From: Carcharhinus amblyrhynchos
Taxonomy: Eukaryota
Direction of reading: 5' to 3'
DNA length: 64,000 nucleotides
Assembly (NCBI GenBank): GCA_965287045.1
Contig: OZ336878.1
Location: 34,906,001 to 34,970,000 of the forward strand
Shown here: in pieces, positions 36,877 to 49,544 of the stretch
Layout: every line of letters starts with the position of its first letter
Position numbering within the stretch: position 1 is the stretch's first letter
Made by a program: the position numbers and the translations under genes
The notes under the pieces: generated by a model
What the model saw: the letters and a program-made list of their open reading frames with translations, nothing else
Told to the model about the DNA's origin: nothing
The model's database searches: none

Positions 36877-37929
36877 TTCAGGTTTTTTTTTCTGGTCCAG
36901 TCCAAGTCATGTATTGAATTATCAGTTAGAGAGGCACAGCTTTGCTCCAGAATTTATCACATAATGAGCTCCAAATGTCAACTAAATATTGGAGTTATTG
37001 GACAGAACCTACACATTTTATGAGAAGGCGGCCTGTTTGGTGGAACTTTTGATATCTAAAGACTGTGAGAAATAATACATGAAGAAAAATCACTTTAAAA
37101 GATGAAGTAAAATTGGAATTACAAAGAGTTAGACTTTGGGCAACAAAAGATTGTCTGCACATTGAAAAAACAGGAAATTGCAGTTAACAGCTCTGCATTA
37201 CTTTATTTACAGTATATCACAAGCACTATTTTAGATCCTTGCATTTTCTCTGCTAAATGGGAATTGAAATATGCCAATTAGGTTGAGAGAGGGTGCAATC
37301 TGGGGCCCAAGAACTGTTGAGCTATGGGATCCCCAGCATCCTGGACAAGCTTTCTGCACAAGACTGAGGTGAGGCTGGACCAGAGATACCTGAAATGTCC
37401 ATATCACTTCCAGGAATGAATCCACTAAATTCAGGCCCAGGTCATAGCTTCTGCTGCACCTAACTTGCTGGCTTTACATTTAGGCCCATTAATCAAAACG
37501 TGAAGATTGCATTCTCTGGTCTTCTCAATGTAGGGCGGGGCAATGTAAATGAACAGAAGAGGGATCCAGCTGCAGCTGCACTAACGTGACATGAAACACT
37601 GAGGAAATGTGGGTCATTGTGAAAATGTGAATAAGCCGGAGTTCCTTCAATCAGTTACAACTAAAACTGGTCCAATTTTTATATTTCTGCATTTAATTTT
37701 GAAGGGGAATTCTAGGCTCACGTTTACTTGCCTTTTTTTTGCTTTAATTAAATATATTTAATTCAGAAAAAGATGTGGATGTGTGGTGTCAATGGACAGT
37801 TTACTCTGGGATAGATAATAAACCTGTCTTATTTGCACTGTACCTGAGGTCAGGAACACCTTGGTTATTGTTCTACTACTGCTGATATCCTAAAATAGCA
37901 GTATTCACTACACAGCCCTTGTTCCACTG

Positions 37930-38535
37930 GCCCTCATCTTTTCTGTGGCCTGCTCGTTGACCCTCCTGTTTGCCATCTCCTTCTCACTCAGTACCTCTCC
38001 CACTTGCCAGTTCCCTCCCCGAACCTCCAATACACTCCATCCCTTCCACTTGTCACTTTTGTCCCCAATCTTCTCACCCAGCACGTCCCTCTTGCTTGCT
38101 GCCTCTCCTGCTCACTGCTCCCTTTCCTAAACTGCGCATTTACAGCTCCTCACACTTCCTTGCCTGCTTTCTCCGTCTCATCACCCCTCGCTCAAACTCT
38201 CTCACAGCAACGGTTCAGGAGAGGGAAGCGACGAGATGAGAGGAAGGATCAATATCTGGGAAGGAAGTGGTGAGTGGGGGCATCTGAAAGTCAGGAGGGA
38301 AGTTGGGAGTGGTAGGTCAGGGAGGTGGGGAGAGATGTGGAGGGGAGGAACAAAATGGTGAGTGGAGGGGGCGGTGCGTGAGGAGGGTGGGGACGGATGA
38401 GGCGAGCTGGAGGGTCAAGGAGGGATATGGCGAGGGAGAAGGAAGGAATGTGTCAAGGGGGAGGGAAGCAATGGGTAGAAAGGGGTGAGTCAGGAGGGAT
38501 GTGGTGAGGGGGAGAGTTAGGGAGGAAAGAGAGAA
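37930..38535. repeat. Pyrimidine-rich to purine-rich low-complexity block with degenerate fold-back symmetry
   Basis: C/T-rich to ~38210 then G/A-rich; mirrored words CACTTCCTT/AAGGAAGTG, TCTCATC/GATGAGA, TCGCT/AGCGA. Confidence 0.6.
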
Positions 38536-38629
38536 TTAGCAAGCTGGAGGCTGGAAGCGGCAAGCACAAGGTAGGTTGAAAGAGTTAATAGTTAGTAAAT
38601 TATTAAGACTTCTTAAGTTATTAAGAGTT

Positions 38630-39035
38630 TGTAAGAGGATTTCTGGGCCAGTCAGCTTCAAGAAGGTCGTATGCCAGACTCCTGAAATAACTACCATATT
38701 CGGATCTTGATTGAAACAGGAGACTCCCAGGAAAAGAGCAGAAATGTTTTCAGGTTGTCCTCAAAGCATCCCAAAAGAGGGAAGCCCTGACTTTTGACTG
38801 ATCAAAACCGAGATGACACATTCAAGAAGGCACCAAAACTTCATTGGGAATGTGCAGAGGTGAGGGCAAGGTGATGGAAGAGATGAAATCTCCAAGCAAC
38901 CTATCTACCCAACCCTTCAGGTTCTCATATGGTAAAGTCTGCAGATGGCCCACTGACAGATCAGCAATTTCAGAACCCAGCGGGTCAGAGAGGAAGCAAG
39001 TCATCCTCCATCCTGACAGACTGCCCAAGAAGAAA
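38630..39035 (+). mobile_element. RTE/BovB-clade LINE 3' end, degraded
   Basis: Terminal GGAAGCAAGTCATCCTCCATCCTGACAGACTGCCCAAGAAGAA. Confidence 0.6.
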
Positions 39036-39078
39036 AATGTAAAAATTACAGGTCAGGAATGTAAGAAACAGTTATTAC

Positions 39079-39178
39079 AGTCTCTGATGAAGGGTCATCC
39101 AAGATTCGAAACGTTGACTCTATTTTCTCTCCAAGTTGCTGTCAGACTTGCTGAGATTTTGCAGCATTTTCTCTTTCA
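39079..39178 (+). mobile_element. Penelope-type short repeat with hammerhead ribozyme motif
   Basis: AGTC(T)-CTGATGA-A-GGGTC ATCCAA GATTC-GAAA-CG-TT-GACT followed by the family body TTTTCTCTCC...TGCTGAG...CAGCATTTT. Confidence 0.65.
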
Positions 39179-39619
39179 CACTTATTACTTCTTTCTTATG
39201 GGCAGCTGATATTTGTTTAGCATTTTATAGGAACAGAAAATGCTAAATTTGCTAAGTGAGAGGTAGCTGTCTGAAGTAGGGAAGTTATGTTCAATGTACA
39301 ATGTACGCTGAAGCTTGGTTAGATCACACTTGGCACACTATGTAGTGTTATTAATGTATTTATCTTTTTAATAATTTTTTTGTCAATTATGTACCCAAAT
39401 GCTTGCACAAAGAAATAAATCACATTGAATCGACAAGTACTTTTTAAAATCCTACTTGCACCAATTAAAATTTTCCATTATACCAATTGGCAGTCACTAC
39501 TTTCTGGTGAATACCACTTCACTAACTCAGCACAGACCACGGACTAGCCTAGACACTTTTCTTGACTACATGGCGTTTGTCCACAGTGTTATTGGGAAAG
39601 CTCTCATTTGCATGCCAGA

Positions 39620-40250
39620 AATTGCACTGTCTTGGAATCAGACACTGTGGGTTCAAACTCCATCTGAGGAGATAATCTCTTGTTTTTTGCAAAAATATAC
39701 TTTATTCATAAAATCTCTGAAAGACAAATTATAAAACATTTTAAGTTGTTATAACAGGAAAGTGTAAGAATATTCACATTTTCTCCGGACATCAAGATGC
39801 ACTCTGAAGAACTTCAGTTCAGTAGGGAGAACATTTCATACATGTCAATATTTTCATTACAGAGTAGTCTTTTTCAAACTATGTACATCAGTCATGTTGA
39901 GTACATAATCTCTTAATCCATGATGTCACCTCAGTGCAGTATCCAGGGAGACTGTATTTATGGAGGTTACTTCTTAATGAGCTGTTAAACCAAGGGTCGT
40001 GTTTGCCTGCACGTAAAAGACTCCATGGTGCTATTCACAAATGGGCAGGGAGCTATCATAATGCCCTGGCCAACATTCGCTCCTCAACCAGCATTAATGA
40101 AACAGATTAATTGGTCAGTTACCTCAGGTGCAGTTTAGAGGACCTTGCAGTATGTAAGTTCACCCACCATTGCCTATGACACAATGATTACAATTAAACA
40201 CTAAGTATTTTGCAATATTCTGAAGACGAGATAGATGCTATATCTTTCTT
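39620..40250 (+). mobile_element. DeuSINE, interrupted at ~39680-39900
   Basis: GTGGGTTCAAACTCC head; CAGTGCAGTATCCAGGGAG...GTTAAACCAAGGG Deu-domain; L2-like tail. Confidence 0.55.
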
Positions 40251-41250
40251 CAGTTGGAAAAATAAAGTTTGCATAAAATGCAAACTCCAAGAACTAAACA
40301 ATGTACAGAATAATCATAAAGATCGGGAATTGAGGAGATGAGTTGGCATGGTGAATTACAACATTATCGTTTAACTTTTGGAACTTAGCTTTGAAGATAA
40401 TGGGAAGAAAACCTTATCCAAATGATAACTAATTATGAATATTGAAGTTATCATTCTGGCAAAGTTATATAGTTAGGAGAATACAGTTAAGGTGAGGCTT
40501 TGGCAAGGGAAAAAATGAGTTTTGCTGAAGGTTTGACCTTTGCTGTTTTGTAATTGAAATAATTGATGCTAACTAGTAGAGGATGCTATAAATGGGAAAA
40601 TATTCTAACCGCTGAGGTGAGCCCACAATTGACAACTTACTAGAAAAAAGGAAAGAAGTCAGCTTTGAAGCTTCATTAGATGGGTCAACTTGGCGTGGAG
40701 ACTCCACAAAACCCTTCATTTGAGGCCAGTCAAGCATATGACTAATTACATCACATGAAAAAAACATGTACCGAAGCAAATGATTGCTGTTTCTCAGAAC
40801 TTTATTCACATGCCCAGTTGCATAAATGGTTAGTTGTTAGTGAAAGGATTTGGATACTGACCGTAAAATTTCAGTTCCTAGAACAGGAGCTGTTTTGCTA
40901 TTAAGCAATTGCCTTCATTAATAAAAATGTTTCTTACTTCGTTATCACAGATTTCGTGCACTATAAAAAATATTACATTAGCAATGATAAAAAAAAGGAT
41001 ATTCTCATGTTAATCAGACATTAGTTGTTTTATCAGTCATATGAATTTGGTGAAATATTTTTACAAACTATTCCAAGAACTCAGTTTTGCCATGGAACCA
41101 ATAGTGCCCCTTTGGCTCCCAGTTACACTAATTGTCATATTAACCATCTGTCCCCATTTATCAAATAGAGAAAGGATTTATTTGTGTGATGCACCACTTG
41201 CCAATTTGATTCCAAGTCAGAAGCAGTTCTGAAAACATGAGCAAACTTAT

Positions 41251-41555
41251 CATAGAATCACAGAATCCCTACTGTGCAGAAATAGGCCATTCAGCCCATT
41301 CAGTCTACACCGGCTCTCTGACAGAGCATCTTAATCAGGACCTATCGCCATAATCCCATGTATTATCCTACACATTTTTGGATACTAAGGGGCAATTTAG
41401 CTAACTTGCACATCTTTGGACCGAGAGAGGAAATCCACGCAGAGACAGGTAGAACGTGCAAACTCTGCACAGACAATCAGCCGAGGCTGGAATCGAACCC
41501 CGGTCCCTGGCACTGTGAGACAGCAGTGCTAATCACGATGCCACCCATGCCATCC
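41251..41555 (-). mobile_element. HE1 V-SINE
   Basis: Antisense near full-length copy. Confidence 0.85.
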
Positions 41556-41651
41556 CGTCTCTAATTGAATAGCTTGGTGCAGTGCTTTCACATCCGAATG
41601 CAAGTCATTTTGCTTCTGCGTTACAATCCTTCTCTCTCCATTGCTTTTGAT

Positions 41652-41965
41652 GGGCAGCACGGTGGTACAGCGGTTAGCAGTGCTAACTCACAGTGTCAAG
41701 GGCCTGGGTTCAATTCCCGGTTTGGGTCACTGACTATGTGGAGTTTGCACATTCTGAGTGGGTTTTCTCTGGGTGCTCCAGTTTCGTCCCACAGTTCAAA
41801 GGTGTGTGGGTTATATTGATTGGCCATGCTAAATTGACCCCAGTTTCAGGGGGAATAAGCAGGTTAAAAATATGGGGTTAGAGGGATAGGGTGGGATTGT
41901 TGTCAGTGCAGGCTCAACGAGCCAAATGGCCTTCTTCTGCACTGTCGGGATTCTATGATTTTATG
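41652..41965 (+). mobile_element. HE1 V-SINE
   Basis: GGGCAGCACGGTGGTACAGCGGTTAGC head to GATTCTATGATT tail. Confidence 0.88.
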
Positions 41966-42574
41966 AACATCATATCAGGCTGAAAACCCCCTTCCAGATG
42001 CTGAAATTTCAGATATTGGAAGGACAGCAATATCCTCTCCTTGTGATGAGAGGAGTTCTCTTACAAACTACCTCTACTCCACCTTTCGGCAGTAATCTGT
42101 TGACTATATTTCCTATCCGTGACACCCAACCAGTGTGATTGCACAATCTGATGGCTGGATATCCACAAATTCCGCACTAATTTCCTCAGTAACTTGGAAA
42201 TGCTGAGGTCTAAAACACTGGTTCAGTTTATTTTAAACCATTACATTATTCATTAAATTATGATTGTATTTCTGTTATCATTCCTGTATTTTAATTCCTC
42301 CTTCCCAAAAGCCTAAGGTGGACTAGTTACTTTCACCCGGAGCTAGAGCCTGAACTGGCTTGAGATTTTGCAGTTTCAGCAATAATAATGCACCTAATTT
42401 AGCGGGGTCCAAGGATATACTGGTACCAGTCAGCTTCGAGCACTTTCTGCACTGGAACTCCCCTTCAATTAAGTTTCAAAAGCAAGGCTAACTTCAAAAG
42501 TTTTGAAGCAGGATATATAAATAGTGTTTTTTCTTTATTAATAGATACAATATGTGCATGAAAGAAAACATGGA

Positions 42575-43132
42575 AACTAAATAGCACAGGTCATTCAGCC
42601 CATTGTGCCTGCACTGCCAGTAAAACAGCTATTCAATTTAATTCCAAGTTTCAGCTTTTGGTTGTGGCCCTGTCAGTTACTGTATTAACTCCACAGGGGC
42701 AAAAGTCCTGTCACCAAGTTACTTTACTTACACCAGACATCTGTACACAGCCAGCTCTCCAGTTGCTCCCTGCTGGATGCAGGCTGGGAGTCTGACACAC
42801 CTGCTTTAAATAGGGAGCATGAGGCTCCCTGATTTAACCAAGAATTAGGATTCATCAGGCAGTTCATACTCTAGCAAGCCAACTCTCATTGGCCTGGCTG
42901 AAATCATCACAGTTAGTGCACTTCAAGTGCCTTTCCATGTATTTGGTTTATGCAGTGAGGGTTTCTGCCTCTACCACTCTTTCAGGCAGTGTGTTCCAGA
43001 CACTCTCGACACTCCGGTGGAAATGTTTTTTCTCTATCCTTTAGATCTTATGCCTCGCCCCTGCATACTGTTCTCTCTGCTGGGAGATGGATCCATCCCA
43101 TCCACTCTAGCTAGGCCCCTCATAATTTTATG
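42575..43132 (-). mobile_element. Old CR1 3' fragment containing a solo LTR
   Basis: CATTCAGCCCATTGTGCCTG tail; AGGCCCCTCATAATTTTA (antisense of KIMRG). Confidence 0.7.
42681..42911 (-). mobile_element. Solo LTR
   Basis: TGT...ACA termini; 5-bp flanks GTTAC/GTTAG; host CR1 resumes after it. Confidence 0.65.
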
Positions 43133-43599
43133 AGCTTCATGTGCTCAACAAAGCAAATGTGAGAAGATTTGACTTCAAACTTCAGCTGGAGTATGTGCAT
43201 CTTTATAAATGAAGAACTATCTTTCCTTTTCCTTTCTTTTTCTCCCCTTCCTTTCTAAGGATTATAAGATACAAAAGCCGTGTCTTTAGAACAGACTTTT
43301 TGCAGCTTTTTAGGAATAGATGGCACAGTGGCCAGCACTGTTGCCTCACAATGCCGGGGACCCAGGTTCAATTCCAACCAAAGACTTCCAAATTCCGCCT
43401 GATGACAACTAAGTCACCAAATTCCACAGGCTCTTTTGATTTCTTTGTGTGTGGGTGAACCTCAGTGCGTGAAGCTTGAATGTGCTTATCTGTGTGTGAA
43501 AGGTGGAACAAATCTATTACTTTCACTTAGGCCAGGTTAAATCAAAAAAACCTGCTTGATCGTGGCTTTTATGATCACAACACATATATAATTTAACAA

Positions 43600-43988
43600 T
43601 CACTGAATTGGCCGCCACGCCCTTTCCACAAATACCCTGTTACAGTCCAACGAGGAATGGGAGAAAAGACGAACCATTTGACGCCTCTTCACTTGATTGC
43701 AACATTTTATTTTCTTCTCCAATCACCATTCCTTTTGGCCCTGGCAGATTGTTGCTTCTGTTTTCATTCTCTACTGACTTCTACCCTATTACAGGTCTTC
43801 CTTTTGTCCTTGTTCAGCCCACCCCTTGTCAAAATCTATTACATCTAACTTATCCCAGTTCTGGTGAAAGATCTCATGAATGTTAACTCTGTTTTCTCTC
43901 TCCACAGATACTGGCCGACTTGCTGGATACTTCCAGCACTTTCTGTTTTTATCTCTGATTTCCAGCACCTGCAATATTCGGCTTTTCC
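43600..43988 (+). mobile_element. Penelope-type repeat, degraded hammerhead
   Basis: CAGTTCTGGTGAAAGATC...TGTTAACTCTGTTTTCTCTCTCCACAGAT...CCAGCACTTTCTGTTTT, same family as 39079. Confidence 0.55.
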
Positions 43989-44106
43989 ATAGAATTAATG
44001 TTACCTGTTTCGTCTTAGTGGGAAATTACCTTGTTTTACTGCAGGCATCTTGAAACTCTTATTTAAAATGGTCAAACAAAATTATAAAGGGTAAGTAGTT
44101 GAAACA

Positions 44107-44377
44107 TTCCAAAGATGTAGAGGTTAAGCGGATAGATCATGGTAAGTTTCCCCTTAGCATCCCAAGATGTGTAAAGTTAGATGGATTGGCCATGCTAAAT
44201 TGCCCCTTAGTATCCAAAGATATGTAGGTTAGGTGTATTAGCCATGGTTAACGTATGGCTTTACGGGCATGGTGCAGGGGACAGGACCTGGTTAGGATGC
44301 TCTGTCAGAGAGAATCGGCGCAGACTCGATGGACCAAATAGCCTCCTTCTGCAATGTAGGAATTCCATGATTCTATG
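44107..44377 (+). mobile_element. HE1 SINE 3' part with ~2.7 tandem copies of its ~52-bp unit
   Basis: CCAAAGATGT...GTTAG..GGAT..CATGG/C..AAATT.CCCCTTAG.AT repeated, then CR1-type tail. Confidence 0.8.
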
Positions 44378-46219
44378 AATTGCACAACATTGGCTGTCAA
44401 TAGTCAGGGTTACTTATGCCACAATGGATCAACTTTTCTGAATGCTTATTAATATGTATTTTTTTTCAAAATTCTAGATTAGCTGCTGGGTATGTGAAGG
44501 GGATTGATTAATATTTTTATACTGTACACATCAGCTTACAAAACCTTACAAAAATTGTAAAACACATCTAACACGCCTGGATTGTGTGTTGTTTTTTATC
44601 CTGTGTGCTGAACAAAGTAACTCCCAATTAAGACCAATTCCTAACAAAATGCTCTTCATAAGTAATTCATTGACGTTGAAGCCACAGGTTGGTGAGCTGC
44701 TGTTTGTACCAGATAGATCTAGGTACGAACTCAATTGAATCATTCAGCAGAAACGACCAAAATAAATTTGAGGTGTGTAAATGTGCCTTCCTGTCTGTGG
44801 CATGTGGGGAATTAAGTTTTTTTTATCTTGGGATGGTGGGGAAGTTACCTTACGTCAAAGGTTGCTGTGGTTGATATTTAAGCCTTCTGATTAATGCCTC
44901 AATTATATCATAGTTCTGTTTTCCTGCTCTGAGGTCTTGTGAACAAGATTTAAACAGTGATGTACTGCTTGGGAATTGGCATAGCCCATATTGTTCAATG
45001 AAATGTTTTCATTATCCGTACAGTCATAGTAATCATTCACAGTGTAATCCTAAATCCTCAGTTGGAGATAAAAAAAAGGATTCAGTTTTGTTCTGAACAC
45101 TGAACTGCATTTTATGCTCCACTGCACCCTGTCCTCCAGTAAAAGTAACAAAAATGGAAAATGCTACAAAATCTCAGCAGGTCTGACAGCATCTGCGGGG
45201 AGAAAGTAATCTGTACAAAGAGAACCAGTATTACTGCAGGATGGGAAAATACTGACTTCTTAAAGAACATCAATAAGTTGAGGAAGAGCCAATGTATTTG
45301 GTGTTTTACTCCAGAAAGCCAGGTAGTAAAGGATAAGACTGGAGTCTATTCTTTATGCACTTCTATAAGATTTTACTTACAAAGATACACATTACAAACT
45401 TGTACCTTCTAACCCACTAACCAAGTTTTACTCTATCCCTATCTATAGGAGTACACGTGAATCCCCGGTTAGTACTCACCACTTGAGTACAATTAAATAC
45501 TCAATTACGATACAATTAACACTTGTTCAATTATAATTTCTTAGTTTACTGGAAATACTGCATGATTAACTCATTTTGCCCTGTTCCTACCACGAAGCAA
45601 TGTCGAGTTGTTAGCTTAGGGAATCAGTCTCTAACCCAATTTCAGTACAACTGTCAAATTTTGAGTATACTTCATCACTGGTGCCAGATATTCAGCTTCA
45701 GTGGAATGGAAATGCACTTTTGTTGCAGTCGGTCTTCTATCTGCAATACAGATGGACTTCAGATCTGAGCCAGCTTAAATAGATTTGGTGACCTTTGCCG
45801 TGAGGTCTACTTGAAGAGAAGCAATGTTAGGCTCTGACAGATCTGTTGCATTATTGCTGGTTGAATTTCCTCAAGACAGAATTATCTAAAATATGCATCT
45901 GTGTGATCAGTTGTCCATTTCAATTTTAAAAGCTGTCAGGCATTAACATGCATCACAGTTGTCCAGAATACACAAATGATGTGAAATGTATTAGATGACA
46001 TACCTCTGCCTCTGAATACTGTTGCAGTCGAAGTGAATGCAAGGGCAAAAAAAAGTCTCCATTTCCTCCATCACATTATCTGTGACACATGGCATGACTT
46101 TGTCACCATTGCTGGTAAAGTAGATGAAGGTTAAAAGTACAAGTGAAGATGTACTTATACTGGGCATGCAATCGCCTTAATTGTTGTTTTGCCCCTTAGA
46201 TTGGAATTCTTTTCTTGTG

Positions 46220-46300
46220 AAGTGCCCTGATGAGTGCAAGACAAAAAGCTTCAACATGTCTCTTTTTTCAGCAATACTCAAGTTTTGTACTACTAAATGA
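46220..46300 (+). mobile_element. Second copy of the 34852 hammerhead repeat, core mutated
   Basis: TGCCCTGATGAGTGCAAGACAAAAAGCTTCA (GAAA changed to AAAA). Confidence 0.6.
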
Positions 46301-46310
46301 CTATAGCATA

Positions 46311-46627
46311 CACAGAATACCTACAGAAAGAGGCAATTTGACCCATCAAGTCTGCACTGACTCTCTGAAAGAACATCCCACCTAAGCCCTCCCCTATACC
46401 TTATCCCCAAAACTCCACATATTTACCATGGCTAAACTAGCTAACCTACTAAAGGGCAATTTAGCATGGCCAATCCATCTAACCTGCGCATCTTTAGGCT
46501 GTGGAAGGAAACCAGAGCACCCAGATGGAGAGGATGTGTAAACTCCACACAGTCACTTCAGGCTGGAATTGAACCCGGGTCCCTGGGACTGAGAGGCAGC
46601 AATGCTAACCATTGTGCCACCATGCTG
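46311..46627 (-). mobile_element. HE1 V-SINE
   Basis: Antisense head, V-domain and tail. Confidence 0.85.
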
Positions 46628-47563
46628 CTGTGTTATGCAATGTTTTGCAAAAGCCTTTTCAGCCATTGAGAGATTTGGCAGTGAGAACGGCAGGAACCAC
46701 AACTTTAAGAAGCCTTTGCAAGTGCAAACTCACCCTGTGCAGTTCTTTAGCTGTTGTACTCTAGTGTGGAATCTACCCTGCACTATAAAGATGATGGATT
46801 CCACCGACAATTTTGCAGCACCTGAGCTGCCATACAGTCACATAGCATTTGTTCTGTATTTCCCCAAGAGGATAGTGGTCCACAAAAGGAACCAAATTAT
46901 CCTTTTCACAAGGCATGTCAATGCACTGCAGACTTTATACAACATTTCAAATGAAAATGACTAGGCATGCTAGCAGTGTAAGATAAGCAGTTTACTCTGT
47001 TGCTCCACAGCTTACATTAATTCACTGCTAAAGAAATAATGATTGATCAGTATCGATCAAAATCCCTGCACAAACAACAAATGCACTCCGATCCAGACTT
47101 CACTCCTCAAAGTCTACAAATCTTTTCCAAAAGTTCATCATTTTGAGACTTATCTTGGAACCTACATCGAAGTTCTTTCTTTTGTTTGGCTCTTGACCTG
47201 AACTTCTCGGCCTCATCACTCTGCCCTCTGAATCTAAAAGTAATTGACTGGGATAAACTTGGTATTAAAGAAAATCAATTGGATTAATTAGCCTTTGTTC
47301 CTTTTCTCGAGCAGAAGTGTGATTGTTGAATTGCATGTTGTTGTACACAGAATGTAACTTTGACGCTGCTATGGACAACAGGAGAAGTATTTTGAAAGGT
47401 TAAAAAGGTAAAATAAAAATGTAATTTTTTAAGTGCCTCTATTTGTGTCATATCAAATAAGCAGCTGAAACAATGCACATGCATCTGTACATTCTCTAAC
47501 ATTGCTTACATTCTCCAGAGACCAGTTTCAGCTCACACAGTTAGCCCCACTTCCCACATACAT

Positions 47564-47611
47564 ATGAATTGAAGGCACAAGTGTATCATGAATTGAAGGC
47601 ACAAGCGTATC
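47564..47611. repeat. 24-bp tandem duplication
   Basis: ATGAATTGAAGGCACAAG(T/C)GTATC x2. Confidence 0.9.
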
Positions 47612-47987
47612 TCAGCATTTGAGCAGTGAAGTTATATCTATGGAACATCACTCACTTTCAACTGATGATTACACCAGCAGCTCTCTGCTTAAAAATGACT
47701 AATAACGCAGTTGGTAAAGGTATATGGAGGGCAGAAATGTTCCAGTTTAATCCTTTATCTGTGCTGAGTTAGCTGGTCTATGCTGGAGCTACAGCACGGA
47801 TTTTATAATAAGCTTCGGGGCTCTTCAGTTCAGTTCAAAGTGTTCAAAAACAGCCAGAGTTCCTGCTTTCAATGGTCCTGGGAAAATGCACCTAGTTATC
47901 AGGTAAGGATATCTTCGTGGCTGAACAGTAGCTGACACTCACTGCTAGCATATACAAAGAATATACTTCACGAGTAAAGTACTGGAA

Positions 47988-48063
47988 ATTTGATTTGATT
48001 TGATTTATTATTGTCACATGTATTAACATACAGTGAAAAATATTGTTTCTTGCATGCTATACA
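47988..48063 (-). mobile_element. Rex1/Babar extreme 3' tail
   Basis: (ATTTG)3 ATTTATTATTGTCACATGTATT, same as 18880. Confidence 0.8.
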
Positions 48064-48177
48064 ACAAATTGCTGCTGGTGATCATGGTCCATGTCTTAGA
48101 ACAATTCAACAAACCTTCAGCTGATGAAAGAGAAAATTAAGGGTTGGAGTGGGTGGGTAGACTTAACTAGTATCCTT

Positions 48178-48425
48178 AAAATTTACTAATTAATCACAAG
48201 TAAGACTTACGTCAACACTGCAATGAAGTTACTGTGAAATTCCCCAAGTCGCCACACTCTGGTGCCTGTTTCGATCAATGCACCGAACTAGCACATCTTT
48301 CAGACTGTGGGAGGAAACCGGAGCACCCGGAGGAAATCCACACACGTAGTAACCCAAGCCGGAAATCGGACACTGATTCCTGGCACAGTGAGGCAGCAGT
48401 GCTAACCACTGTGCCACCGTGTCGC
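48178..48425 (-). mobile_element. HE1-like V-SINE, alternative-tail variant, internally deleted
   Basis: CACTGCAATGAAGTTACTGTGAAATTCCCC tail and GTGCTAACCACTGTGCCACCGTG head. Confidence 0.85.
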
Positions 48426-48744
48426 TCCTAACCTCACCTTCCAGTCCCCAGTTCAGAGTATGGAATCACTTGTGGATCGTGTGGTGAATGTTAACAGTGC
48501 CCTTTTCTGTTAATTATGTAGAATTGTTACAATCATTACGACATCTTACCTTTGTTCAGCAAAATATTGCTGAATCAGAGAAAAATGAAGGTTGGCACAT
48601 GAACAGAAATGTAGGAAAATGATGGAGTGTGCTAATAAGTACTAAATAAAAATAAATAGATGATTGCTCAAGTAAATTGATTGAGATACAAGAATACTGG
48701 ACACCTTCCAATTAATTACTAATATAATCATGAGTACAGGGTAC

Positions 48745-48895
48745 TTTCATAAGAAGTAGAAGCAGCAGTAGATCATTTAGTCCCTCAGGCCTACTCTGCC
48801 AGTCAACATGATCACAGGGTTGATATTCTAGCACAGTTCCACTTTCCTGCCCATTCCCCATATCCCCTGATTCCCCGAAAGATCAAAAATTTTGT
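48745..48895 (-). mobile_element. CR1 3' UTR fragment
   Basis: CATAAGAAGTAGAAGCAGCAGTAGATCATT...TTCCCCATATCCCCTGATTCCCC. Confidence 0.65.
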
Positions 48896-48973
48896 TCCTG
48901 GTGAGGCTTTTGCCATGTTACACGAGATTGCCACAATGCTGCTTGATTAATCCAATTGATTTTCCTTAATAAT

Positions 48974-49095
48974 GGGCAGAATTTTTCCATCCTGCCCGTC
49001 ACAGGAATTGTAGCGGGCGAGGGGCAAACCACGCAAAGGTCCATTGACTACAAGCGGGACTTTCTGCTTTTGGGGACAGCCAGAAAATCTCGTTC
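48974..49095. mobile_element. MITE, PIF/Harbinger-like
   Basis: TIRs GGGCAGAATTTT...AAAATCTCGTTC, AAT on both flanks. Confidence 0.65.
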
Positions 49096-49544
49096 AATGA
49101 GTTTATCTCAATGTATATCAACCAGCTTTTTTTGGATTTGTTGGCTAACTTCACAGCCAGATGCCCTTCCTGCTGCCAACCCTCCCCATTTATCTAGATT
49201 GTTGGCATTGAACCAGCTAACCCTGAACCATGTGACAATACTTGAATCATTGCTAAATTTCAGGTGGAGGTTGTGCCACAACAGATTTGCTGGACAATAA
49301 TTTACAATATTTAAATTGATTGAGTTCTGCCTGCAATGCCTGTTTTATTTACATAGCTTTTGACACCAATTCACAATTTAGTTAAGCATCACATGATGAA
49401 ATCTTGATGATTAAGTCACTGATTAAAGTTCTAGTTTTGAAATAGACTCCAGAAGTTTGCTGCGAATGTCTGTAAACTGGATTTAAGAGTTGGAACGTCA
49501 GGCCTGGCTTACATATTCCCAGAATCCAACTTAAACACATCATA

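Noticed and set aside
48550-48569. 20-nt minus-strand micro-exon reading NILLNK (kinase VIb-like)
   Set aside because: Too short, and no other kinase exons were found.
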